The notes below the pieces were generated by a model. That model was not told the DNA's origin and ran no database searches. It was given only the letters and a program-made list of their open reading frames with translations. Both the position numbers and the translations under genes were made by a program. Below are positions 1 through 18,414 of a stretch of DNA of 64,000 nt, one piece after another. The DNA is from Tubulanus polymorphus (taxonomy: Eukaryota; Animalia; Nemertea): the NCBI RefSeq assembly GCF_964204645.1, contig NC_134032.1, positions 2,228,416 to 2,292,415 of the forward strand. The letters run 5' to 3'. Positions within the stretch are counted from its first letter, which is position 1, and each line of letters begins with the position of its first letter.

Positions 1-324
1 GCTTGAATCAAGAAGTGTCACACAATAGGATTGTTCACGATGGAATTTATTGAAATAAAACCATATCGTTGCGGCTGTTGACTAACAGCCTTCATCGGGT
101 GGAAATGATGAACATAGGCTGCTAAACCAGGCACTTGTGCGCTGAGAATCGATGTTATTTTTGATGATATTATTAAATCTGTTTCATGGCTCGCTGCGGT
201 TTGATGGCAGCCGTGAAAGTGTAGACTTCCCATCCGGTCAGAGATGTGCCGGGCTCTGGTCACGAGGCGCCTCAATCGCATTTCTGAAAACTAAGTTAAT
301 TCGCATATTTCTGATAGTGGATAC

Positions 325-455
325 TGAGTTCAGAGTTAACTCTAACTCACAACTGTGGAACTGGATCCTGAGTTCAGAGTTAACTCTAGCTCACAACTGT
401 GGAACTGGATCCTGAGTTCAGAGTTATCTCTAACTCACAACTGTAGAACTGGATT
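325..455 (+). repeat. Dispersed short-tandem repeat family (GAGTTAACTCTAACTCACAACTGTGGAACTGGATCC); related copies ~4355-4465, 6150-6530 (-), 13690-13800 (-), 26790-27100, 42480-42590
   Basis: The same motif recurs in both orientations, often as 2-8 tandem units. Confidence 0.8.
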
Positions 456-489
456 TTAACTTTTGAAAATATTCTAGAGTGGATATGAA

Positions 490-678
490 AGAGAAGGGAG
501 AGAAGAGAAAATGATAGTGGAGAAAGAGAGTGGGAAGATTTAGAAAATGGGAGGAGAGAGATGGTAAGAGAGAGAGGGGGAGAGGAGAGATAATGAGAGT
601 GGTGGGAGAGAGAGGGAGAGGAGAGAGTAGAGAGGGAGAGGAGAGAGGAGAGGGGGAGAGGAGAGAGAGAGGGAGAGT

Positions 679-711
<33 letters not shown>

Positions 712-805
712 GAGAGAGTAGAGAGGGAGGGAGAGGAGAGAGGGAGAGTAGAGAGTAGAGAGGGAGTGAGCTAGATGATAGAGAGGGTGAGACCGGAGAG
801 AGAGG
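490..805. repeat. GA-rich low-complexity/microsatellite tract
   Basis: Near-continuous (GA)n/(GGAGA)n purine tract. Confidence 0.95.
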
Positions 806-2224
806 GCCGCGTATATCGTTTATCGTACATGTTTATATATCGTTGATAATGCGGCCAAACGTTTGTATATTTTAGAGTCAATTATTTAATGATTCCTAGA
901 TCGATTTGCGTCAAGTCGATGTGATCGGATACCGACGCGCAGTTTTCTCAGCAGACAGGGGGAAGGTTAAACACGTACGCCGCTTATATATGGGAAAGTT
1001 TTCAAGCTCCCGAAAAAAGAACAGCTCAACTTAATTACGCGACATATATACTACAGCATGGGGATGATTCCATCACATGATAATTGTATATTGAAATATT
1101 TGATTTTATGATAAATCCATTATCAATCATTTTGCATATTCGACCATTGAAATACTTCATTACTTAGGCCTGGTAATTCAATTGTCAGTTAGATTGAAAA
1201 CACAGGAATGCGTCATGGAATTACCCTCGATTATATGGCCGGTGAAGGCATTGCGTAAATGCTTCCTTATGGGCCCCATTTTACTGGAAAGTGCTTCTTT
1301 CCGAGTTAAAAAGTACTTCCTATTGGGTATGAAAATTCCGAAAAAGTACTTTTCAGTACTTATTATTACCGCTTGAAACCCTGAAGAATTGCTTTTTTTC
1401 TGACTTTAGAATAGGGCTTCTCCCTGTTATCCATCTGATTGATAGATTGGATTTTGTGTCCTTTACAAACCTACGACCTGCTTGCCCGGGGCGAAACAGG
1501 GGTTAGATTCAAATTTGAAATTAAGTCATTGAATTGCTATAGGAAAGGATTATAAAGGATTTCAATAATTTTATAATAATTTAGATTTTTCTTTTTAACT
1601 GATTTTTCTTTTTTTTTATCTGATTTTATTTTGATTGAAAAATTACATTGCGAACTACATGACGTATGATTAAGGAAATAAATAGAAAACAAAATGGACC
1701 TTGAGGATATTAAGAATTAAGCGATGTACGAATTAATCAGTTAATCGCGAATTAAGTGGACTTCACTGGATTATCAGCTGTTTGGATCGCTCGGGAGTAG
1801 CCTTTCTAAAATTGCAATTTTTTCGAGATTTCCAAAGGATAACAAAGAACAAGTTTCGAACCAGTTAGGACATTTCCAATTGTATCGTAAAACAATATAC
1901 ATGGGAATATATATTATATAAAGCGGCACGTGCATGGTAGTTATGTAATATGCCATTAAAGTTACACCTAACTCGAGTTCCGTTCACGATCGAAACAACA
2001 GATTTCAATCACGGTGTTTGTTTTGAAAGGAATCGAATACGACGTAAACGGTTGCGGTTGGGATGGCGGGAAATCTGAAATTCTATCGCGTAATGTGATT
2101 ACTGGAAGTTGGATGTTAGGAACCTCCCCGACGAGGCTCGTAGATTCACTTGCTGTGGGAGTTAATAATTTAGCAATAACAATAATAAATAGCAATAATA
2201 ATAGTAATAAATGACGATAACGAA

Positions 2225-2405
2225 TAATAATAATAATAATAATAGATATTTATAGATCGCAGTTCACTGCGTCTCATTGCGGTTTACAATTTAAGTTAGG
2301 CCACAAAACACATTGGAATTGCTGATGAAAAGCTTCTTCAAAAGAAAAGTTTGAAGACAGGATTTAAAAACATCAATGTCATTACAGTTCCGAAGATTAA
2401 GAGGT
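2225..2405 (-). mobile_element. 3' end of an L2-type LINE
   Basis: Minus strand reads PLNLRNCNDIDVFKSCLQTFL, then TGTAAACCGCAATGAGACGC...(TTA)n tail, the same architecture as the L2 3' end at ~54880-55040. Confidence 0.6.
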
Positions 2406-2795
2406 CGATTATTACTGATATGAATAATAATCTACTCGTACTTATTAAAATAATCATAGCACTTTAGAACCAAAATATTACAGTGATGATAATGATGATA
2501 GTAGCCTAATTATCATGATAATGCCTTGGTAATAATAGTACGAATATATTATCATAATAACAATTGTTAAGATGCCATTGCAATTCAGTGGACCGAGAAC
2601 GTAGAATTAGATTGTAACATAGAAGATTAACTATCTAAGTAGAAATTAGTTCCTTTTCAATAAGGTAACTCTTGTTGAAATCTTAAGACATAGCTTTGGA
2701 ACTGGTACCATAGCGCTTTATGGTTCAGTGAGATATATCCCGAAGTCTATCATGAAATGTTGAATTCATCATTCCTTTGGCAGGGATAAACTGCA

Positions 2796-3078
2796 GGGGC
2801 CGGTTGCATAGTTATAACTTAGACTTAAGACCAGTCTAAGATCAACTTAGTTCTAGCCAATGTAACAACTTCTTAAGACCAATCTAAGACCAACTTAGTT
2901 CTATAGCTAATGTAACAACTTAAGACCAGTCTAAGACTAACTTAGCTCTCTAGCCAATCTAACAACTTAAGACCAGTCTAAACTCAGCTCAGTTCTATAG
3001 CCAATCTAACAAGTTAGGACCAGTCTTAAGATTTAAGACCACTTTTAGACCTTAAGTCACGACTGTGCAACTGGGTCC
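2796..3078. mobile_element. MITE-like element with imperfect TIRs and internal tandem subrepeats; related copies ~4265-4330, 4470-4730, 12515-12625, 13905-14045
   Basis: GGGGCCGGTTGCATAGTTATAACTTA ... TAAGTCACGACTGTGCAACTGGGTCC ends enclosing repeated CTTAAGACCAGTCTAAGACCAACTTAGTTCTATAGCCAATCTAACAA units. Confidence 0.7.
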
Positions 3079-3905
3079 AGAGGCTAGTTGCTCATAATAT
3101 AATTAGCGGATTTTAACAATGAACTTTTCATTTTCGCTGTGTAACAACTATCCAATGGTTTGCTCTAACCAATATTTAAGCAACTGCAGCCTCTGTACGG
3201 GGATATGAATCGAGGTTAAACTTCGGGCGGAGTCGACCAGTTGCTGGGATCGCGAGCGGTATCAGCGCAAACAGTCGCCGGTTTATCATCGCAACTGGTT
3301 ACCGAATCGATGACCTCTGATCGCGGCTGTCGGTTCGGATATCGGCGCTGAGCTGCTGACACGCGGGAAACAAGCAGCTATCAGCGGTGTAACTAGTTCC
3401 CGGAGCAGGCTACAATTATTGTCAAAGTTATCATTTATAAAACACCTCTTATTCAAATATCTAAACTTGCCGGAAGAGTTTGAGAGTCTAAAATAATTAT
3501 CCTACTTCATTGCGTTTAGAAAAGATGATATTGAAATGATAGATAATTTCATATGTCATACATGAATTGCATGAGACAAAAATCCATTTTCTATACTGAT
3601 TTAAACGTTTTAAAACCAAGGATTCGTTTCATAAAAATCTTCTAATTTTTAATCCACTATTCTAATTAATAATCGAATATTCTAATTTCTTTTACAATAT
3701 TCTAAAAGGCCGCCTATCTTCCCTGTACATTACTTTTTTGAAATGATGATCAGGCTCTAACCATAACAGACCCGATCCTATGCCTCTTTTCATTTTAAAT
3801 TACAATCTGCAGACTGGTTCTGTGGACAATCTTATTATAATAACTATTTCAATAATGTAATCGTCCAAATAGGCCTATCTAAACCGTACTTTTTATTGGT
3901 TACAG

Positions 3906-8967
<5,062 letters not shown>

Positions 8968-9978
8968 CACTCGCCACACAGAAATAGACGCGAAATAGAC
9001 GGGCAATTTCACTGGTAATTTAGATCTGATTTAACTTTCAACGCGCATCGACTTAGTTCTAGTTAGAATCCGTGATTCAGTTTCTTCACTTTGAAGATTT
9101 TACAACAAACATTATCTAAAAACGATGACAATATCTGGTTATAATTACGCTTTTTGGCCACAGGCAGCAAAAACTCAGAATCAAAGGTTACAAAATATAA
9201 CATGAATATGAAAAAAGCCAAAAATGGAAAGTGCGAGTAATTGTCTGGTTCCTCAACTATCCGTTATGCGTGGTGCTTTAGAGCGCTTACTTTTTTGAAG
9301 AAAACAAACATGAAAAATATTTAATTTCGACGTTTTTGTATCCCGAATCATTGTTTGCACAATACTTTTTGCCGCGACGATTCATAATATTTTGGATCGG
9401 GTCGGTCTTAAAAGGTGTCGCATTAATTTGTCATACAAAGGAGTGCTTAAAAAGTGCTTCCATCAACCGTCAAAACGTATTGAAAAGTGTTGCGTTGTGT
9501 TGTTTTTATACTCTGCCCTACGACTATGAACCGTGTTGCGATATTTCGCTCATTTTCTTGACGCCCAGAGGTCACCTGAAAGTCACCTCCAGAACGCCGC
9601 TTATGCACGCGTTTCCTTATCATGATTATCAACTTCTGGTTGTTAATGTTACAACGTTAACACCTATTAGCGAAATATGAATCAACTGCTGGATTTATGT
9701 TTAAAGTTTCCGGCACAAATCAGCAACAATCTCAATCAGTATCGACAAAAATAGATGATCGCCATCTAAAAATCATTCGTAGTTATTCGAGGATTTTTTT
9801 TGTACATTTTGTCAATCGAAAAGATAAGCTAACTAAAAGATGTTTGTATGTACTCCCGTGGCATTTTTCGTTATGATATAAAATCACATGTAATTATGTA
9901 GAGAATATTTATGTAAATATATCGTATATACGAGATTGATTTATTATAAATTATGTGATGTATATTCTATAGGAAAGA

Positions 9979-9984
9979 AATAAA
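9979..9984 (+). promoter_or_regulatory. Probable Osr polyadenylation signal
   Basis: AATAAA ~1 kb after the stop codon, preceded by AU-rich/TGTA-rich sequence and followed by a T/GT-rich tract. Confidence 0.55.
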
Positions 9985-10561
9985 CATATTGATAAGGTAA
10001 AAAATGTTTCTTCATGTTGCTGGCTTGGTCTACGTTCAAATGAATTCTTCGCTTCAGAAACTGGGCGTGGTTACTTTATGTTAATGAGCAAAAGCGATAG
10101 TTGACGTAATTTATGTTATCGATTTTGGTTTCTTTGAGTGATGTAGTTTAGTCAAAACTTCGTAATTGTCAGAAAAGATTGTTTAAATCCTCAACTGTGG
10201 GTTTCGCTCATTGACTCTGAAATACTCTGAGATTGATACTAGTCAGTTGCGTTACTTCCTGTTTTTAATGAGGATTCAAATTTTCAAACTTAACCGTTGA
10301 ACGCCTAAACGTCTTCATAAAACGTGACTCTAGGTCCAATATGGGAAAAATTTCTAAAATATCGATACTAGTGGATTTTGGATGTTTTTTTTTTCACAAA
10401 TATATTTCGGGAAAAATCGACGCAAAAAATAATTGGTGCTCGGTTTTATGCGCTTAGGTGGTTTTATCCAAAAGATCTAAAATAAGAAGTTGAGCAACGC
10501 AAAGGCAACCAGGCTTGGTAAGGCCCTTTATTTCTGAAATGGACACCCAATTCCTTTAACC

Positions 10562-10701
10562 CTGGGCCAACGGTTACCTGAGTTTTAGTGGATTATAGTC
10601 GAACTAAGTGAAACCGAATGTCAGTTAGTTTGAACTTTAGTGCGGAAATAGTTCGGAAATAAAGCGCAGTCGACTCGCTACGAAAACCGAATTTGGCCCT
10701 G
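10562..10701. mobile_element. Short MITE; second copy at ~43081-43244
   Basis: C(T/A)GGGCCA..CGGTT ... AACCGAATTTGGCCC(T/A)G ends; internal TATAGTCGAACTAA/CGGAAATAGTTCG shared by both copies. Confidence 0.65.
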
Positions 10702-11286
10702 GAAGCTTTCGACGCGGTTATTCTCATATTATCGATAATCTACCGGCTGGGTTAGCAACGACCTTGACTTTTTATGGCAACATCAGCCGACAAAAAGGTG
10801 CTGAAATTACCGCGACGAAGCGACGACGTTGTAAAAACATTACTATTGTCTTTTAATCGTTGGGTAATCAAGTGTTTTGGAAATACTCAGAGTCTAGATG
10901 CGGGTTCATTGGTTCAACGGTTCACCATAAAGTCGACCGAACGCGTGTCGCTTTGACGGCCGGTTTTCGGCTAGCGGGGGCTTCCTGGTCGCCGGCCTCT
11001 GTTTTCGGTCGCTGTGAGAATTATCAATTTTAATCGGTTATTATTTTGTGGGTACCAGTATAAGAGGGGATACGCGGAACTATATTTCATAATTGCTCGA
11101 CAAACACTCAAGAACAGCTGTTAGTGCGATAAAGCGACGACGATTAGGAGGCGAACGAATCAACGAATAAAAACGAGGAAATTTAGAAATTCGTTGAAAA
11201 ACAAGTCGAACATTCATAATATAATTATAGCTATCAAAACAAGAGCAATAAAGAGTTTAGGAAATAAACTGGGATAACTGTCCCAA

Positions 11287-11790
11287 AACAGCAGTGGAGT
11301 GGGTTCACTGGGGTCCCTCGTGGCTGTCATGATACAGCAGTGAGGGAATGGGTTCGGAGGAACCTCGTGGCTGTCCTGATACAGCAGTGAGGGAGTGGGT
11401 TCGGAGGAACCTCGTGGCTGTCCTGATACAGCAGTGAGGGAGCGGGTTCGGAGGAACCTCGTGGCTGTCATGATACAGCAGTGAGGAAATGGGTTCGGAG
11501 GAACCTCGTGGCTGTCATGATACAGCAGTGAGGGAATGGGTTCGGAGGAACCTCGTGGCTGTCATGATACAGCAGTGAGGGAATGGGTTCGGAGGAACCT
11601 CGTGGCTGTCATGATACAGCAGTGAGGGAATGGGTTCGGAGGAACCTCGTGGCTGTCCTGATACAGCAGTGAGGGAATGGGTTCGGAGGAACCTCGTGGC
11701 TGTCCTGATACAGCAGTGAGGGAGCGGGTTCGGAGGAACCTCGTGGCTGTCCTGATACAGCAGTGAGGGGTGGGGTTCACTCTGGGGATC
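11287..11790. repeat. 47-bp minisatellite, ~10 copies
   Basis: Unit GATACAGCAGTGAGGGAATGGGTTCGGAGGAACCTCGTGGCTGTC(C/A)T; consecutive starts at 11331 and 11378. Confidence 0.95.
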
Positions 11791-11877
11791 CTTCTTGTCC
11801 TTGACCCTGAGAGCGGTGTGTTCACTAGGAACCCACGTGACTAGTTATCATGTCCCCACACGCCGAATCGGTTACAC

Positions 11878-11909
11878 CAGGGAGGTGGGAGCGAACTCCC
11901 ACCTCCCTG
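11878..11909. mobile_element. 32-bp perfect hairpin insertion flanked by a 7-bp direct repeat (TIR-only micro-element)
   Basis: GTTACAC-CAGGGAGGTGGGAG-CGAA-CTCCCACCTCCCTG-GTTACAC. Confidence 0.7.
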
Positions 11910-14504
11910 GTTACACAAAGCGCTTCCCGATCAGAACACGGAGCTTAGCAGTGCCGTAATACGTCACCAGATCTGGTGCACGGCGACTCAAGTAGAGAAC
12001 ACTCATGAAGGTAGCCCATCACCTGTGCTGAAATCCACGTGACTGCCTTATACACTGCAGTCAAGGCTTATCTACAGAGGTCACTTCAAAGTCACCTCCA
12101 GAACGTAACTCGCTCCCGCATTTTCCTGATTATTGTCACCTTCTCACCGTTAAGATTATAATTTTAGCGCCTATTAGTGAGGTATAATATAATTCAACTG
12201 CTGGACTTCCCAGTAAATCGAGTATGTTAACTGTATGCGTATAATCTATATATATATATAGCGCTATCAAATTTTGAAGAATTTCAAAGCCAAGTCGCCA
12301 ATGAAAACCTAACCGTGTTATTTTATAAGGTGACTATGATATTGATTTCGGTAAATATTGTGATAATCCAACAAACGATTTCTCATCTATGCAATATCTC
12401 AAAGTGGTGTTTTCTAAGTAGGATATGTCAGACCACCACCCAATTTCTGCTAGTTCTGACGGTATCTATAAAATCATTTCGCAAGTGATGTCCAAATATT
12501 GTTTAATCAACGCCTGAGACTAAAAGTGGTCTTAAATCTAAAGACTGGACGTCTTAAGTTGTTAGATTGGCTATAGAACGGGTCTCGGTCTGAGATCCGT
12601 CTTGAGTGGCTATGGAACCGACCCCGGGGTATAACTAAGTGACGATTCAATTTCGCGAGAAGGGCAAACTCAACGGGAAAGCAGGGGTCCGGACCTCCGA
12701 GACCAGCCCCTAAATCCGCCCTTGCGAATGTGGTTTATTTCTGAGAGGTCCAGTATCGGACGCGGTATCGGACTCGGTATCGGACTCGGTTGAGTAATCG
12801 TCTGCCTTGTCGTCCGCGGCCGCTTTCATTCGTCAGTAGTATACGTAACTTCTGCGGAGCGCCCTGGGCCCATTTTCACAAACAAGTTAAACTCAAATTT
12901 TTGGTGAAATTGTCATTGTGGTTACTCCATGTTTTCAATTATCGAGGACAACAATTCAAACTTAACCGTTTTAGGCTTAAACTTTTCCGTGAAACTGGGT
13001 GGGTCCTGTAGTTCAAAAATTAACCCTTTCAACCTGATATTTCATCCCAAAAACGACAAAAATACTAATGAAAAAATGCTCAAAAATTCAATCTAGTTTT
13101 GAAGGTTTTCGTTTAAGCGCAATTAAACCAGAACTCGCACTCAATGACCCGTATAAGTGCGCGGTAACCTGTCATCTCACCCGGTCGTCACGTGACGCTG
13201 TCAAATCTCCCCCAGCACCGCGACCGTCGTGCACCTGATAAACTTGTCACCGATCTCGCCGTAATCTCGCGCGCAATCTCGTCCGTAACGGTTTTCTTAC
13301 CGTTTGTTGGTTTTGCGAATAATTCGCGTTGTTTGAGTTTGAGTTCATCTAACTATGAACCCTTATCGCATTCCGATTGGCAATACTCGGCCTGTTGAAC
13401 GAGCGAATGTGTGTTTGATCACGAATACCTGAGCTGTTGGTCAGTTAGATAAGCCCTCGCAGTCAAGTAGCCATTCGATTTCGAAAGACAACGAGATTTC
13501 CGGTCGATTTTGAAAATTCTAAAAACGCTTAAGCGCGTTAAGTGAGGTTCTTATTGAATCCCTATCCGTGTAGAAAAAGATAAGGGCGGATCCAGGGAGG
13601 GGGGAGGGTAATGGGGTCCGAACAACCACCCTTCCTCCCTTTTTAAATCTCATTATGGGTTTTTATTGGTTAAGAGTCGTTAGTAGGGTAAACTCTGAAC
13701 TGAGGATCCATTTCCACAGTTATAAGTTATAGTCACCTGTGGACTCGGGATCCATTTCCACAGTCGTGAGTTATAGTCACCTGTGGACTCAGGATCCAGT
13801 TTCAGTTGAGATATAATTAGCTCATTTCTGTAAGTTAACAACCATTGAGTCAAATGTGTTCTCTGAACCGTTGAAATGGGTCCGAAACCGTGGAACTGAT
13901 TCCCGGGTCCAGTTCAATAGTCAGGGCTTAGACTTAAGACCAATTTAAGACCAACTTAGTTCTATAACCAATCTAACAACTTACGACAAGTCTTAAAATT
14001 TAAGACCATTTTTGGACTTAATTCTCAACTGAGGAACCAGCCCCGGAGATTAAAACATTTTCGGGCAAAGGTCAAACTTTTTTTTGCCTGTTAAAATTGA
14101 CAGGGAACCAAACGTCAGACGTAGTGCTTGGGAAAAACATTGCGTAAAGATCAAACGCGGCAACGAAAACCGACGAATTCCTGACAGGAACGCGCACAAA
14201 AGAGCGACATAGCGTAGCGGGCACCCGTCCGTCGTAAACAACCCCCGCCAGTCGAAATGACAATAACTAAAATTACCGGTTGTTTCCTGTGGTGAATAAA
14301 CATGAAAACGAAAGAATTCCGTAAAAAATGGATGCGCTCAGGTGGTTTTATCCACCGACTTTTCTGAAATCGCGTTTTCTTACTAGCGTAATAGGGTTGA
14401 TCCAGAGAGATATATCGACAGTAGTATATACTAACTGTGCTACGGTCTGGGTGTACCCCGGTATTGTCTTTTAGTACACGGCCACTTTGCCGGCGCTATA
14501 GTAC

Positions 14505-15075
14505 TCCGTCAGTAAGATATATGCCCCAGAAAGCTGCTATAAGACTGTGTCAGTAAGATATATACCCCAGAAAGCTGCTATAAGACTGTGTCAGTAAGAT
14601 ATATGCCCCAGAAAGCTGCTATAAGACTGTATCAGTAAGATATATACCCCAGAAAGCTGCTATAAGACTGTGTCAGTAAGTTATATACCCCAGAAAGCTG
14701 CTATAAGACTGTGTCAGTAAGATATATGCCCCAGAAAGCTGCTATAAGACTGTGTCAGTAAGATATATACCCTAGAAAGCAGCTATAAGACTGTGTCAGT
14801 AAGATATATACCCCAGAAAGCTGTTATAAAACTGTGTCAATAAGATATATGCCTCAGAAAGCAGCTATAAGACTGTGTCAGTAAGATATATACCCCAGAA
14901 AGCAGCTATAATACTGTATCAGTAAGATGTATACCCCAGAAAGCAGCTATAAGACTGTATCAGTAAGATATATACCCCAGAAAGCAGCTATAAGACTGTA
15001 TCAGTAAGATGTATACCCCAGAAAGCTGCTATTAGACTGTGTCAAGTAAGATATATACCCCAGAAAACTGTTATA
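14505..15075. repeat. 41-bp minisatellite, ~14 copies
   Basis: Unit CAGTAAGATATATACCCCAGAAAGCTGCTATAAGACTGTGT; consecutive starts at 14510 and 14551. Confidence 0.95.
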
Positions 15076-15799
15076 CGGCTGAGTGTTTAGAGGATTTCAG
15101 AGTAAAAAATGATAATATGTTTCGTCATATTTTCTGTTGTTAAAGTATACGTAATCTAAGGTTCGGAGTCGCCCTCGATTCGCCATCGAAAGGCAACAAC
15201 TAAATTGAACAGTAGAGACCTGCAACGGAAAACAAATTGATTACGGTAGTTATGCGCAGGGTGTTAGTTCGGCGCTCGAAGGAGCTGTCAAATCGTCAGA
15301 TAAAGGTCTAAAGGAAAACGGGCGACCTGGCCACTCAACAACCGGAGGCATTTCGGTGCAGTTCGTGTTCAGAGTAACGTGTTACCTCGTTCAAGCTGCC
15401 CGTCTGTCCATTATGATAAGTTGACGAGATACTGATAAGCGCCGAGCACACTAGGTGATAAATACGCTATTGTGGAGTTGTCGCCGATAAGCAGATTTTG
15501 ATCAAATAAAGTTTGAGCGACAATGAAAGATTCGCTTATCTGCCGGTAAACAGTAGCGCGGTTTGGGGGGTCCGCGTGACATTTGTGTTTACTGACACAA
15601 CGGACTTTCTGACAAGCTAACCCGTTTGAGTGACAGCTAGGATCATGACCCTATGTCGAGGCGAGCCCGTGATTGACGTGTGGTTAAACGCTAAATGATT
15701 CCATAGCTATTATTTTCAAATATTTGATTGAAGTTCGAAAAGACAAGTCAAAAATATTGAACGAGTTTTTAAGTCTGGGACCTTTTTGAGGGATTCGCC

Positions 15800-16110
15800 A
15801 TGTGTGGACGATCAGTTTTTAGAGTGCACTGATAAGACGTCTAATATCTGGTGTTTGTAGTTCATTTTCAATTAAAAATGTCTCAGGTGAAGCACTGAAC
15901 GAATGTAATTTGTGGACGATCAGTTTTTGAAATGATAAAATGTCTAATGTCTGGTTTAAGTAATTCATTTTCAATTATAAATGTCTCAGGTGAAGTTCTC
16001 AACACATGTGTAGTGTGGACGATCAGTTTTTGAAAATTGTGTTTTATGTCTGATGTTTGTAATTAGGTTATTCTCAATCAGATATTTCTGATTTGAAATG
16101 TGGACAAAAA
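15800..16110 (-). repeat. 109-bp satellite-like family, degenerate reverse-orientation array
   Basis: Reverse complement of the unit at 22380-22900. Confidence 0.85.
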
Positions 16111-16989
16111 AATTTGACCGACCATAAAACTGAAAATGTATCATCATGTCTGATAACTCTACGTGTTAGAGTCCAATGTTGGGTGCCTTTTAGTCAACCG
16201 TAAAATTCATCTTTACTCACGGCTCCTTTCAAGACATATTTCGGAATAGACAAAGAAAGAATCATTAATTAAATTTGCCTATAAATTTGAAAAAAGGAAC
16301 GGTGACGAATTCGCCAGAGATTTGTCAATTTGAAACACGGCGATACTATCGTTGGATGGCTTTTCCCGATTCCGTAAGTTTAACGACCCGAGTTTCCCGA
16401 ATGACGCCGGCTTAATGCCTCCGATATAAACAAACAATAAAAACCGCTCTCACTCGTTCTTTAACTTCAGAAGGGACTTACGAAATCCTCTAGCGACTCG
16501 TTGCCGTAGACAATACACATCGCTGTAAGTCAATTAAGTCAAAACCGTCAGTGCAGATATACGCCGCCAGGGGACGCGTTAGCGTTTTTATTAAGGTTAT
16601 CGCCGAAGGTGTAACCTTTCGCAGGCGGCGACCGCGATTTTACGACTATCGCTGATGGGTCGCATCAAAGGATGAAGATGGCCGATGAACAGGGGTAATT
16701 GGTCTCCGACGTCGCATCAGACGCCGTGTTTAAGCGTGCTGTGAGATCGTGCCTGATGGCGGATGTCGGAAGATGTGTTTTACAAGTTACGGTTGGTGGT
16801 TACCGCGGGCTTTCTTAAAAGACGATAAAACGTACCGTGTGATAGAATGGTTTATTTCGCTCTAACCGAACATTGGTATATAGAAGTTACAAGAATTTGT
16901 ACGATGAAAATTTATAATTTACAAAACTTAATAAAACAAGAAAACAGAAATACACATAGAATAATGATAGAGATAATAGATGTATACAT

Positions 16990-17260
16990 GAATTTCACTT
17001 AAGTAGATTGAGACCTGCATTTACAAATCTAGCGACTTTAATTAGTATAACGTTACCTACAGCATTTAGTAATTGTGACATCTTAAAAGTGTTAGGTCTA
17101 TTTACATAAAACGGTGTCAAGAAAGCTCTTCGTACATTTTTCAATTTGGAAGATAAAAAAAGGAAATGGACCTGCAATCTATCGCTAGTTTCATCGATGT
17201 GCGGGCTAAATAATTGCTGGTAACATTTTGAAATCTGTCAATTGTTATATATCCTTGTTT
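16990..17260 (-). mobile_element. C-terminal remnant of a non-LTR retrotransposon ORF
   Basis: HFLFLSSKLKNVRRAFLTPFYVNRPNTFKMSQLLN...LIKVARFV resembles the conserved ORF2 tail of invertebrate LINEs (from recall; clade uncertain). Confidence 0.45.
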
Positions 17261-17363
17261 TCTAATGTCGTCGTATGTAATTATTGAAAAAAAAATGATA
17301 ATACAGTCTTTTACGATGTCACCAAAGTTTAGGATTTACCATTGGTAGTTACTTCGATACCAA

Positions 17364-17479
17364 GGCCCGGTTTTGTAGACTGGTATCAACTTTAGCCCGG
17401 GGGGGGGGGGCTAATTCAATTCATGCTCGATTTAGTTAACCCCCGGGTTAAAGATAATACCAGTCTATAAAACCGGGCC
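17364..17479. mobile_element. Palindromic MITE with PIF/Harbinger-like GGCCCGG ends
   Basis: GGCCCGGTTTTGTAGACTGGTATCAACTTTAGCCCGGGGG ... CCCCCGGGTTAAAGATAATACCAGTCTATAAAACCGGGCC. Confidence 0.7.
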
Positions 17480-18414
17480 GAGATTGAGGATTTGCCCCTA
17501 GGATTAATTTTGAAACCAGGGCTGGGTTCCATTGATGTGTTGGAAGCAAAAAATTCTGTATGAATATTTATCTTATGGATTTAAGTATGATTTTGTCATT
17601 TCGGTGGTTGTCATTTAGATTGGGAATTGACCCCTAGGGGTGCTTCGATAATCGGTCCATAAATCGGGCCAAGGTTGATGTGGACAAAAAGGCACGTATA
17701 GTACCTGATGTTGTGGTATAAGGTCTCAGAATTTGAGCAAGCAAGGCATAAAAAAAACGACAAATTTATAGCATATCGAAAAAAGCGATGTTCAAGAAAG
17801 AAAGATATACAAAAGGCTACTGCGTCGCGAAGAAAAACAAATTCCCCGGACGAAAGAAGCCGCGCGACGTCAAACTGTGAGGGAAAATCCTAACGCAAAC
17901 AAATCAGTTGCAGTGGGAAATGTTGTTGTAAGATACAGAGGCTGAGAACGAGTCGATTAGCTCGAATTAAACCAGTAAAAATATACACGGCAACTATTTC
18001 AACTATACTTCTATATCAAACAAAGCGCTATTCGCTTTTTTCTAACGTATCGCGATGACAAATATTCCTCAATCGATTCAACCGGTATTTTTTCGCCATC
18101 AAAACATGTACGTATAGTTATTATTTTCATCTCTTTTTATTTGCGTTAGTCCTAGTTCTGAATCGAACCGGTCGCTCGGAGGGTTTGTTTGCTTTGGTCA
18201 GGTTAACGTTAACCCGTAGAAAACTGACTTGGCGACTCAGATATCTGACGCTCTCTGGAGAAAGAGTCAGAAAAATCGAGTCTTTTAATACTTGGCGTTT
18301 TGATTTAACGTGGAGGGGGCATGAAAAAACGATGATGGTCTCTAGAGAAAGAGTCAGAAACGTCGGGTATTTTAATTATCAGGCGTTTTAAATTTAAAAT
18401 GAGAAAACATTTAA

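Noticed and set aside
530-721. Arg/Glu/Gly-rich ORF
   Set aside because: Translation of a GA microsatellite
1460-1510. Possible ribozyme (CCTG...CGAAACAGG; related at ~27655-27700 and ~31855-31900 rev)
   Set aside because: No CUGANGA core or HDV-like pseudoknot could be drawn; regarded only as a dispersed repeat
11287-11790. CRISPR-like array
   Set aside because: Units are contiguous near-identical 47-mers with no unique spacers, in a eukaryotic context with no cas genes; the same applies to the 41-, 34-, 45-, 109- and 167-bp arrays
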